Origin: Klebsiella phage N1M2
Sequence record: MN642089.1
Reading direction: 5' to 3' (one strand)
DNA length: 64,000 nucleotides
In this document: positions 9,578 through 18,128 of the stretch, in pieces
How positions within the stretch are numbered: the stretch's first letter is position 1
Layout: each line of letters starts with the position of its first letter
Made by a program: the position numbers and the translations under genes
The notes under the pieces: model-generated
Told to the model about the DNA's origin: nothing
The model's input: only the letters and a program-made list of their open reading frames with translations
The model's database searches: none

Positions 9578-10033
9578 ATGCAACGATACGAGTTTACTAT
9601 TGAGAAGGGTACGCTGGTAGTCCACGATCAAGTAACTAACGGGTCGTTGCGTATTATTTTCAAACCTTTAGGTAAACCGACGATCTCCCCAGCTTTAGAA
9701 GCTTGGAACGATCTAGAAACATCACTCAACTCAGGGAAACTTGAGTTGGGTTTGTTCGGTGTAAATACGATCACTGAACGTAAAGGCTTTAAGTTAGAAG
9801 GTAAGGTCGTGCTGTCATCATCTCACCTTTATGACTGTGAAGTACGCAACGGCAATCTTCATATGGTGTCATTCAAACAGAAGACACTTATCTCTGAATC
9901 CACATTACGATATATGGGTTCTAACAAATTCGGTTTAGTTGCTTTTAAAGACTGTTTCTTTAAAAGTAATCCAGAAGGTGGTTTTAAAAGTAGAACCACT
10001 TCTTACTTCAAAAACAAACTAGTAGAGGTTTAA
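9578..10033 (+). CDS. hypothetical protein
   Basis: 151 aa. Confidence 0.5.
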   Translation: MQRYEFTIEKGTLVVHDQVTNGSLRIIFKPLGKPTISPALEAWNDLETSLNSGKLELGLFGVNTITERKGFKLEGKVVLSSSHLYDCEVRNGNLHMVSFKQKTLISESTLRYMGSNKFGLVAFKDCFFKSNPEGGFKSRTTSYFKNKLVEV

Positions 10034-10034
10034 A

Positions 10035-10538
10035 ATGAACAATTCTCAAGTAGGTCGTTGGAATGTAATCCTTGATGGTAAACTGATCAAAGTGGTTGAT
10101 CGTCAAACTGGCGGTGAGTTGAACATTCACACTACCCACCATCCAGATCCAGGTGAAAATGATCTTAACCCAACCATCGAGATCATTAACGATCTGATTG
10201 AACAGCTGGCTGAACATCGCCTTATTCTTCAGCTGATCGGTAAAGAAAACAACATCTATGTGACCGGAACTAATGTGGTACTGGATGGTAGTGTTTCACT
10301 GCATCGTTGCGATCTTCGTAACCCGCATCTGACTGATGTTGAATTGCGTATCGTCGACACACGCGAAGCCGATCAAGTTCGCATTAACAAATCTACGGTA
10401 TATGAATTCACTTCACCTAAACTTGAAAGTGAACTTCATATTTCCCACTGTCATTTCACTGGTGAACTCAAACCACGTGTCACTAGTGCTCGTACTGAGT
10501 TCTACCTGAATGAATGTCGTAATGGAGATATGTGGTGA
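10035..10538 (+). CDS. hypothetical protein
   Basis: 167 aa. Confidence 0.5.
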   Translation: MNNSQVGRWNVILDGKLIKVVDRQTGGELNIHTTHHPDPGENDLNPTIEIINDLIEQLAEHRLILQLIGKENNIYVTGTNVVLDGSVSLHRCDLRNPHLTDVELRIVDTREADQVRINKSTVYEFTSPKLESELHISHCHFTGELKPRVTSARTEFYLNECRNGDMW

Positions 10539-10879
10539 TAGAAATCAAAGATGGTCTGGTTGACATCTCTGTCTTTGTTACCTTTACCAGACCGATAATC
10601 GAAGGGGTGACAAAGGTACCTGGCGAATTAGGTTATGTTGTTCTAATGGACAAATTACCTAACCGCTTCCCAAATGGCATTGAGTCATTTAAGATGCACT
10701 TCTTGAATTACTTAGATAACCATAATTTACAGCAGGGATATCCATACAACTTAGTTGAGGATTTCCCTATCCGTGTTCTAAACTCTCTCCGCATCTTAAA
10801 ACTTGCAGGTTGTATCAAAGGGTACGACATTGACGATCGGGGAATTATTTCTTATTGCGAGGAAGATGAAGATGACTAA
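10532..10879 (+). CDS. hypothetical protein (acidic C-terminus)
   Basis: 115 aa ending EEDEDD. Confidence 0.5.
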   Translation: MVIEIKDGLVDISVFVTFTRPIIEGVTKVPGELGYVVLMDKLPNRFPNGIESFKMHFLNYLDNHNLQQGYPYNLVEDFPIRVLNSLRILKLAGCIKGYDIDDRGIISYCEEDEDD

Positions 10880-12623
10880 TACTGCTAAAGACATTATCGG
10901 CGCACTTATTTACAACACTAGTGTTCAGTTAGATTTCCCTGATCACAAAAATAAAGAAGGTAAAGTCGACCCTGACAATATCGTAGCCAACTTTGATATG
11001 GTAGAAAGTGGGTACTTGCAGTTTCAGGGTAAAATTTATAGCAAAGATGAACTTACGTCTCTCGTTAACCAAGCGATCTCTCATCGCAATGGTAGTATTC
11101 TTATTGACATCCTTAAGGAATCTGGTAAGATTAAAGACTTCCCTCCGGCGTTTATGGAGAAACTTTATATCACTGCATTTGAGCAAGCTGGTTTTAGTTT
11201 ATACCCTGTTTCCAACCGTAAAGAAATCGATGGTAAGTTATTCGACGTTCCCGAAAAATACCGTACCGGTGTTGGGTATCCTTCAGATAAAGAAGTGGTC
11301 GCTCTTTGCCATTTCTACCTGAAAGGTATCAAGGGTTACGAAGACCCAGAGTCTAAGAAAACCTATCGCAACAAACTGTTTAACCTGTTGCATGTTTATG
11401 CGCACTTGCAGGAAAGTGTTTTGACAGAATCGCTGGGTGTTGAATGGGTTGCCAACTTTAAAGAAGGCAATAAAACATTTGAAGATTTCAAACAGGCTAT
11501 CGATATGGCTACTCAAGGGGAATCCCTTAAATACACTCGTGAAGAACAACCGTATATTTATTTCCAAGGGCGTGTTCATTTGAATGGCCCAGTAGCGATA
11601 CATTCTCCAAATGACCCTGATGAAGAAATCAAGTTCTTGACTAACATCATGGAAAACACTGAAGATCAAGAAAGCGTGGTATTTACCAAGGCCATCGCTT
11701 TTATTCATCGCAGTGCATTCCAACAGGAAATCTATCATTTCCTAACCAGCCTGTATGATGAAAATGAACAGTACTGGCTTGCGGATAATCGCCAACGCGC
11801 TGACTTTGTTTTCAACCTAGTTGGGCGCTATATGGAAGAGTGTCGTGCTAAAACTAAAATCGCATCCACTCGTTATTCTGAACAACCACGTGACCCACAA
11901 CCTACACAAGGAAAAGAACAAATGTTTAATAGCAATCTGACACAAGCGATCCAATTCCTGGCTCATGCCCGTGGCGTGTCGGTAGAAACTTTAGTTGGGG
12001 AACTGAAACAGCAACTTGGTAACAAACAAGTTACTGAGCAACCTAAAGTTCAAATCTCTGGTCCTGATGGTGAAATGCTCGATCAGCTGAAACAAATCTT
12101 CGGTGATGATTGTGTCATCGTTCCTATCTCACAGGGCGATGATATTTCAGAAGCTATTGCCAAAGCTATCGGTAATAAGAAACCTAGCAAAGAACAAGAG
12201 CTGGAGAAAGGTCTGGATGACCTTACCAGTCGTTGGGCTGAAATCCTGGGTGTCACTGATCCAGAAGCTATCGCGCATCTTCGTGCTGCTGCAGCCAAAA
12301 GTGTTCAGCCAAAGGACGAAGTTAAACGTCCTATTACTACTGAAGTCAGACATGCCAGAACTATGGAGTTTGAAGTTCTTGGCGAACATAACGAAGTAGA
12401 AGAACGTTATCGTGGCCTCTGGAATGAAACCACCAAACTGCTGACTATTAATTATAAATCAGTTGGGATGGACTCATATAGTCAGTTAGTTTGTATTCAG
12501 TTTATGGACTACTCTGATGCTGTCTCTACATTTATCGGAATGTGTCATAACTACGGCATCAAGTCAGTTCGCGAAATCATCCAGGATTTTGTTGAAGCTT
12601 ATAACGGTCACTTCATCGAATAA
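10866..12623 (+). CDS. hypothetical protein (~585 aa)
   Basis: ATG at 10866/10872 overlapping the upstream stop (track start 10803 runs deep into the previous gene); ends at a perfect palindromic terminator. Confidence 0.5.
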   Translation: MKMTNTAKDIIGALIYNTSVQLDFPDHKNKEGKVDPDNIVANFDMVESGYLQFQGKIYSKDELTSLVNQAISHRNGSILIDILKESGKIKDFPPAFMEKLYITAFEQAGFSLYPVSNRKEIDGKLFDVPEKYRTGVGYPSDKEVVALCHFYLKGIKGYEDPESKKTYRNKLFNLLHVYAHLQESVLTESLGVEWVANFKEGNKTFEDFKQAIDMATQGESLKYTREEQPYIYFQGRVHLNGPVAIHSPNDPDEEIKFLTNIMENTEDQESVVFTKAIAFIHRSAFQQEIYHFLTSLYDENEQYWLADNRQRADFVFNLVGRYMEECRAKTKIASTRYSEQPRDPQPTQGKEQMFNSNLTQAIQFLAHARGVSVETLVGELKQQLGNKQVTEQPKVQISGPDGEMLDQLKQIFGDDCVIVPISQGDDISEAIAKAIGNKKPSKEQELEKGLDDLTSRWAEILGVTDPEAIAHLRAAAAKSVQPKDEVKRPITTEVRHARTMEFEVLGEHNEVEERYRGLWNETTKLLTINYKSVGMDSYSQLVCIQFMDYSDAVSTFIGMCHNYGIKSVREIIQDFVEAYNGHFIE

Positions 12624-12632
12624 CAAAATTAA

Positions 12633-12696
12633 GTAATAATGCTCTAGGTACCCAATTGGGTACCTAGAGGTTATTCTTTTCTATTTTCTTTTTTGG
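12633..12696 (+). terminator. rho-independent terminator (perfect 28-bp palindrome)
   Basis: CTCTAGGTACCCAATTGGGTACCTAGAG then T-rich run. Confidence 0.7.
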
Positions 12697-12712
12697 TAAA
12701 GTTATAAAATTT

Positions 12713-12742
12713 CAAACAAATATTATCCTCATGTATAACGTG
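12713..12742 (+). promoter_or_regulatory. conserved AT-rich promoter-like motif (AATATTATCC..ATGTATAACG)
   Basis: variant of the ATATTATTA-TGTATAA family; precedes the 12756 ORF. Confidence 0.35.
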
Positions 12743-12755
12743 GAGATATCAATTC

Positions 12756-13196
12756 ATGAGTTTAAATAAAACGAGTGTAGAGAATCAGATCATGGGCGGC
12801 ATAGCAATTATTATGCAATCCATAAGGGATAAAACATCTGATCTATATAAAGAAGCGTGTGCTTATTCTAATATGGAAATACCCAACCTATATATGGTAA
12901 TATCTAAGTACACCATTCATGAACCTGGGTTGATTGGTTATTTCTCTATTGGATTTCAAACACCTAACCACAAACATGTCACAGATGTAATGGAGGTAGC
13001 GTATACCACATCGGGAACTTTCTATAGATTCCAAGGTGTCAGCATAAGAATAGCTTGTACCGAAACTATGGAAGTTATGAGCACTCAAGAGCAAATGAAC
13101 TGGATGAAAATAATAGTTCAATCTAATACTGAATTATTAGCAGTTCTAGAAGCTAATGAGGAATTTAATAATGGGAATAAGAAAAACAGTAAATGA
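12756..13196 (+). CDS. hypothetical protein (atypical codon usage)
   Basis: 146 aa; AT-rich with ATA/AGA codons unlike its neighbours. Confidence 0.4.
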   Translation: MSLNKTSVENQIMGGIAIIMQSIRDKTSDLYKEACAYSNMEIPNLYMVISKYTIHEPGLIGYFSIGFQTPNHKHVTDVMEVAYTTSGTFYRFQGVSIRIACTETMEVMSTQEQMNWMKIIVQSNTELLAVLEANEEFNNGNKKNSK

Positions 13197-13545
13197 GATC
13201 TTAGAGGATGCCGTATTCCAAAGAGATCCCAAACCTTATAAAGATGTTTACTTTATCAAGGTACTGAACCCAGGCGATCGTAAAAGTATCTTTGTCAGTT
13301 TTAGATACAAGATCGCTTCTGATATATGTTTGATTTGCCGTATGGAAATCAATCTGGAATATCCAGAGAAAAACACAAGTACCGCAATCAGCATATTGAA
13401 AATAAGAGAACGTGAATCTTTCACCTTCTTCAGAAAACGCCAAGCGATTGCTGGAAGGACCATAATAGATATTGTCCAGAAAACCATCGCACCTATGTTA
13501 ATCGATAAAATCACCAAAGCTAAGGAAATGAACAATGTCAATTGA
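13156..13545 (+). CDS. hypothetical protein (atypical codon usage)
   Basis: 129 aa; overlaps the previous ORF by 41 nt in another frame; same AT-rich composition. Confidence 0.4.
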   Translation: MRNLIMGIRKTVNEILEDAVFQRDPKPYKDVYFIKVLNPGDRKSIFVSFRYKIASDICLICRMEINLEYPEKNTSTAISILKIRERESFTFFRKRQAIAGRTIIDIVQKTIAPMLIDKITKAKEMNNVN

Positions 13546-13939
13546 AAAAGCTACCTCAGCAGTAAAAATCTTCGCTACTCGTAAACTGGTAGAAATCATG
13601 GAAGAATGCAAAGGTAAGCAAATTCCGAATATGTGGAAGTTTGAAGACACTGTCGGGTTCACTGTCAACATCACCGAAGGCGATCTGAACTTTACTATCC
13701 AAGCGGCAGCGGCTCCGGTAGCCGAAGCAGGCCCTGGTAATTTCCTTATTCGGATTCAATCTACCTTTGTTGGGAAAACTGTATTCAAACAAGGTTACAA
13801 CTTCCCAGCCACGCCTGTTGGTCAAATGGTTGTTATGGACTTCCCTCTGTATGCTGAAGATGAACAGGAACTCACAGATGGTATTGCTCAGATCATCCAA
13901 GATGAAGCTGATAACATTCTGTGTCAGATACTGCAATAA
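13535..13939 (+). CDS. hypothetical protein
   Basis: 134 aa; host-like codon bias returns. Confidence 0.55.
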   Translation: MSIEKATSAVKIFATRKLVEIMEECKGKQIPNMWKFEDTVGFTVNITEGDLNFTIQAAAAPVAEAGPGNFLIRIQSTFVGKTVFKQGYNFPATPVGQMVVMDFPLYAEDEQELTDGIAQIIQDEADNILCQILQ

Positions 13940-14081
13940 GTTCGTAGAACACGTTGTAATCAATTGTTTTAAGTAATACTACTGTTTGTATCATGTAGGT
14001 AGAAAAGTCCCTTAGATTTCGATCTGTGTGACTTTATCTCCATCCGACAAAAACCCAATCTCATTTAAAGGAAATGAAATT

Positions 14082-15032
14082 ATGTCTAAAGACTTTAACC
14101 TGTATCACTTTGGCGGCACTGGTATCAACATTCTTAACCGTTACCTGGAGCAAGGTAAGAACTCCCGCTTTATTGATCAGGTGGTGGCGATGGATACTTC
14201 TGAAGCTAACCCGATTACTGATGGTATTTATCCATTGGAACGTCTGGAAGGTGTAGAAGGTTCTGGCGGTAACCGTAAAGCACATGCTGATAAGTATGCT
14301 GACTTTGTTAAACAGGTATTCGCCAAGTACAAACCAAACAAAGTAAACATTCTGGTTTACTCACTGTCTGGTGGTACCGGTGCATCAATGGGTCCTTATG
14401 CATTGCGTTATCTGCTGCAGAAGAAAATCCCTACACTGGTAATTTGTATCGGTGACAAGTCAACCTTTAATGAAGAGAAGAACACCGTAGAAGCACTGGG
14501 TTCAATGTATAACCAGATCAAGACTGGCTCTCCAGTTCTGTTCAACTACATTGAAAACGGTCAGACCATTTCTCAGGGTCAGGTTAACCAACGTGCTGTT
14601 GGTGAAATTGATAATGCAATCATGATGTTCAACATGGAAAACGAACGCATCGATTACGCAGACATCAAAAACTTCTTCTTCTTTACCGATGTGACTCAGG
14701 CAGATCCAATCATGACTCAGGTGACTTTCCTGGCAGAAGGTGATCTGGGTCGCTATGATCGTAAGCCGGTTGCAGCAATCAGCCTGTATAACAACATCGA
14801 CGAAATCCGCGCACCGTTTGAAAATATGCTTTATCGTAAATCTGGTTTGTTCGGTGAAAGTTTCTCCGGTATGACTGTTCCGGTCCACGCAGTCCTGGAC
14901 CACGGTGATACTATTCAGTCACTGAAAACTCTGATCGAAGATAAAGAAACTAAGAACAATGAACTGGCTGGTCAATTCCGTAACAAGGAAACTGATCTGT
15001 TCGCTGATTCTGATGACGACGGTATGATGTAA
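14082..15032 (+). CDS. phuZ: PhuZ-like phage tubulin (tubulin/FtsZ family GTPase)
   Basis: ATG at 14082 with AAGGAAA RBS (track start 14028 is a GTG extension); GGTGINIL N-terminal motif; tubulin signature SGGTGASMGP; acidic C-terminal tail DSDDDGMM as in PhuZ; ~316 aa. Confidence 0.8.
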   Translation: MSKDFNLYHFGGTGINILNRYLEQGKNSRFIDQVVAMDTSEANPITDGIYPLERLEGVEGSGGNRKAHADKYADFVKQVFAKYKPNKVNILVYSLSGGTGASMGPYALRYLLQKKIPTLVICIGDKSTFNEEKNTVEALGSMYNQIKTGSPVLFNYIENGQTISQGQVNQRAVGEIDNAIMMFNMENERIDYADIKNFFFFTDVTQADPIMTQVTFLAEGDLGRYDRKPVAAISLYNNIDEIRAPFENMLYRKSGLFGESFSGMTVPVHAVLDHGDTIQSLKTLIEDKETKNNELAGQFRNKETDLFADSDDDGMM

Positions 15033-15041
15033 TAACTGGAG

Positions 15042-15068
15042 GCCCTGGCTAGTCCAGGGCTTTTTATA
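15042..15068 (+). terminator. rho-independent terminator
   Basis: GCCCTGG-ctagt-CCAGGGC then TTTTTAT. Confidence 0.7.
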
Positions 15069-15362
15069 TTGCCTATGAAGATCTTATTTAATTTAGCAAA
15101 TCAACGCGGAGCATTGTCCGAAATATCTAAGAACGATATTGGGACAGCACATGCTATTTTATCCAGAGTCTGTCTAGACCAAGGAATCCCAGTAGAACAT
15201 CATCACTTTGATGCCAACATCTCTTTAGAACATGCCATCGTGTATGAAAGCGTAAAGGCATATGCTGAAGAGAAGTTAATGTTTATCCCTACCCCTGACG
15301 TTGCGGTCTTATCTGATCTCGGCAATCTTCAATTCCAACTCACTTTACATAATCGGGAATAA
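15069..15362 (+). CDS. hypothetical protein
   Basis: 97 aa. Confidence 0.45.
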   Translation: MPMKILFNLANQRGALSEISKNDIGTAHAILSRVCLDQGIPVEHHHFDANISLEHAIVYESVKAYAEEKLMFIPTPDVAVLSDLGNLQFQLTLHNRE

Positions 15363-15365
15363 GTC

Positions 15366-15842
15366 ATGTTTAATATCGATAAGCCTACATTGTTTACGGC
15401 TATCGCCATCTCTCTCGAACCCAATCTACGCGATGTAGAAGATAAGAAGCCAGAATACGTTAAGTATTTCCATGTTGTACTTGACATGGTTCTTGGTGTT
15501 ATGAATAGCAAAATCAGAAACATCGATGATGCTATTGATGAGCAATATGGACTTTATCCTGAAGATAAAAATCTTCCCTGGCTTGCTGATACAGTTCGTC
15601 AGTTAGTTGTCGATATCAAATGTCAGTTTATTCAAGCTGGGTTTGATAGTCGCCTGAAATATAAAGTTGTAACCCGTCAGATCGGCATCCACACTAAACT
15701 GTATGGTATCGCAATGGACCTGGATGCAACTTTAGCTGCAATGGCGGATACTCTTCTTGATCCTAAAGAAGATGTCGATCAAACTCTGATAGTGTCTGAG
15801 AACCCAACTTATGAGCAGCTCGAAGCAGCATACAACTGGTGA
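15366..15842 (+). CDS. hypothetical protein
   Basis: 158 aa. Confidence 0.5.
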   Translation: MFNIDKPTLFTAIAISLEPNLRDVEDKKPEYVKYFHVVLDMVLGVMNSKIRNIDDAIDEQYGLYPEDKNLPWLADTVRQLVVDIKCQFIQAGFDSRLKYKVVTRQIGIHTKLYGIAMDLDATLAAMADTLLDPKEDVDQTLIVSENPTYEQLEAAYNW

Positions 15843-16380
15843 GTTTATTCACCTAGGTAAGTTCGATAAGGAGATTGAAGCTTATCTGGAAACAAAAGAA
15901 CATTTAGCATCTACTACCATTATGGAAGATGATAAACCAAGTATCGTAGAAGCTTTGCGTATTTGGTTGGTTAAGAATGTTGGATGTTTTAATATCATCG
16001 GCGATTATTATCAAACAGTCAATCTGAAACTTTGGTATGATCACGATGGACTCACGGAAGAGTTTGATGAATTACTTTTAATGTTCCGAGATTGGTTGAA
16101 TATGACACAAGCTCTGGATACCAAGAAAGTTTATAACTTGTTACGTTATATTAGACCTGACACGTTTATTCTTTTCGAAGGTGAAGTTCCAGTAGAGTTG
16201 ATCCCTCCTCCTATCGAAGAACCGGTTGATCACGAAGTACAAGAAGTCATTAGTTGTATCCAGGAATTTGAACTACTCTTGAAAAAGAGATGTAGCGATA
16301 ACTTTGCTGTTGAGCATTTTATTAGCGATCTATTCCCAACTACTACTACCCATGACTTGATCAAAAAGTATATGGTTTAA
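15811..16380 (+). CDS. hypothetical acidic protein
   Basis: 189 aa; start uncertain (ATG 15811 overlaps the upstream gene by 32 nt; alternative ATG at 15922). Confidence 0.4.
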   Translation: MSSSKQHTTGEFIHLGKFDKEIEAYLETKEHLASTTIMEDDKPSIVEALRIWLVKNVGCFNIIGDYYQTVNLKLWYDHDGLTEEFDELLLMFRDWLNMTQALDTKKVYNLLRYIRPDTFILFEGEVPVELIPPPIEEPVDHEVQEVISCIQEFELLLKKRCSDNFAVEHFISDLFPTTTTHDLIKKYMV

Positions 16381-16388
16381 GGAGTCCT

Positions 16389-16691
16389 ATGGCTAGGATG
16401 TTATCAGTTAACATCTACCCATTACTTCGAATAGTAAAACGGTACGACCTAGACCAGGACCTCTTCTTTAGAATCATTCTGAATTTCCTCTCGCATCGTC
16501 GGGAGGAAATTCTTAATATTCAACTGTCCAAATGGTTTAGCTCATTTGATGTCTCATTAAAAAGTGAGATGAAACCTATTATATACGAACTCCTAAGTGA
16601 GTTAGACTATTCGGATAATGTGGAAGATTATTTCATCTTAAATGGTCGTTTCTATATTAAGGAAAACACTAATGTTACAGAATCAGAATGA
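16389..16691 (+). CDS. hypothetical protein
   Basis: 100 aa; GGAG RBS. Confidence 0.5.
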   Translation: MARMLSVNIYPLLRIVKRYDLDQDLFFRIILNFLSHRREEILNIQLSKWFSSFDVSLKSEMKPIIYELLSELDYSDNVEDYFILNGRFYIKENTNVTESE

Positions 16692-16989
16692 GCAGCCAAT
16701 CGCCCTGTTCTCGCACACCATGACTTTCCCTGGAGTGCCATTAGAAAATTTAGTATCATCCATATCGCTTTTATTATCTGCGTATGGTGTCTCTCACCAA
16801 CTACCAGTTTCACCCACCTTCACATCGGAAGGATTGACCAGTGGTGACAATAATCGTGACCAACGTTTCGTAACTGAATACATGCAGTTCAAGTTAATGT
16901 TGGAAGATCTATCCCGTCAATATACAACTGTACAGTGTACCGCACAATCTAACGGAGCATCGGTATACCTAAGGTTCAGTTGTTACTAG
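16672..16989 (+). CDS. hypothetical protein
   Basis: ATG at 16672 with AAGGAAAAC RBS (track start 16642 lies further inside the upstream gene). Confidence 0.45.
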   Translation: MLQNQNEQPIALFSHTMTFPGVPLENLVSSISLLLSAYGVSHQLPVSPTFTSEGLTSGDNNRDQRFVTEYMQFKLMLEDLSRQYTTVQCTAQSNGASVYLRFSCY

Positions 16990-16998
16990 GAGAGCGTA

Positions 16999-17613
16999 AT
17001 GTACGTTCATATAAACAACTTTGATTATGATGAGTTGCTGAATAACTTAGTTCAGCACTATCATCTAAGTGATGCCCCAATAACTAATGAGATCATTAGC
17101 AAGATCTTTGAAGAATTGGCAGAGCACTATAAATTGAACCAGCGTGAAACTATGACTGAAGATGAAATTGCTTTGGTTGAAGAGTTTATGCGAATTCATG
17201 GTCAGTGGTCTGACTTCCAACCTGGTGATGAAGCTGATATGTTCCTGGAAACTAAAGGAATGGATATTAGTGAATCTCTGGCGGTAATGGAAGGGTTGTT
17301 CTTAGAAGGTGTTACTGAAGATGATGAACTTGATCCGCTTTATGATATAGCAATTAAGTTTACTCAATTCGATTTCACTGATGAAGACTCTATTGGTGAA
17401 TTCAGTGCCTACCTATCTGATCTGATTAGTAAGTATAACAACATTCAGTTTAATGATGCTGAACTGTGTGTGTTAGGACACATCGAACGCTCTTTGGATA
17501 GTTCTGAAATATTAACTGGTATTGAAGTTCTTCCAGTTGCAGGTAAGGTTGTTAAGTATGGGGATACTTTGATAACCTTCCCGATTATCCTGATAAAGGT
17601 TTCTAAACCATGA
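16999..17613 (+). CDS. hypothetical highly acidic protein
   Basis: 204 aa, very rich in D/E (e.g. DDELDPLYDIA, FDFTDEDSIGEF); GGAG RBS. Confidence 0.5.
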   Translation: MYVHINNFDYDELLNNLVQHYHLSDAPITNEIISKIFEELAEHYKLNQRETMTEDEIALVEEFMRIHGQWSDFQPGDEADMFLETKGMDISESLAVMEGLFLEGVTEDDELDPLYDIAIKFTQFDFTDEDSIGEFSAYLSDLISKYNNIQFNDAELCVLGHIERSLDSSEILTGIEVLPVAGKVVKYGDTLITFPIILIKVSKP

Positions 17614-18041
17614 GCGATTTGAACTTACTCCAGAAGAATGACATCATCAACTTCGATATGATCCGTCCTGGTATCTTTGGCGCTCAATACAAGAGCGCTT
17701 TGATTACCGGTATTGTTGATTATAACACTGCCCGGATTATCGATCCAGATGTATATGCCAAACACCAGGCTTTCTATCCTTTCTTTAAAGATTCGGTAGA
17801 TAACGTTAATAACCCAGAAATCTATAACTATCTGATTCTGCAATTGGACCCAACCAAAGCTGATCGTATTGTTATTGGGTTCCCGTGGATTGATAAGGAT
17901 TCACTGAAAACAATCCAGTCTCGTTACGCAACAGTTATTATTCAGAACTTCCAGGAATATCAACGTGCGCCATTAGTTGATTTCTTAGAAGGTATGAACG
18001 TAACCTATACATTAGTAATCGAAGATACAAACAAGAAATAA
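17610..18041 (+). CDS. hypothetical protein
   Basis: 143 aa; overlaps the upstream stop by 4 nt. Confidence 0.5.
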   Translation: MSDLNLLQKNDIINFDMIRPGIFGAQYKSALITGIVDYNTARIIDPDVYAKHQAFYPFFKDSVDNVNNPEIYNYLILQLDPTKADRIVIGFPWIDKDSLKTIQSRYATVIIQNFQEYQRAPLVDFLEGMNVTYTLVIEDTNKK

Positions 18042-18049
18042 TTATCAGA

Positions 18050-18106
18050 TTACTGAGCCTACCATAAGGTAGGCTCGGTAATCTATTTACCCAATTATTT
18101 TTTTTT
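18050..18106 (+). terminator. rho-independent terminator
   Basis: GAGCCTACC-ataa-GGTAGGCTC hairpin then a long T run. Confidence 0.65.
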
Positions 18107-18128
18107 TCTCTTAATGAGGGAATCGATT

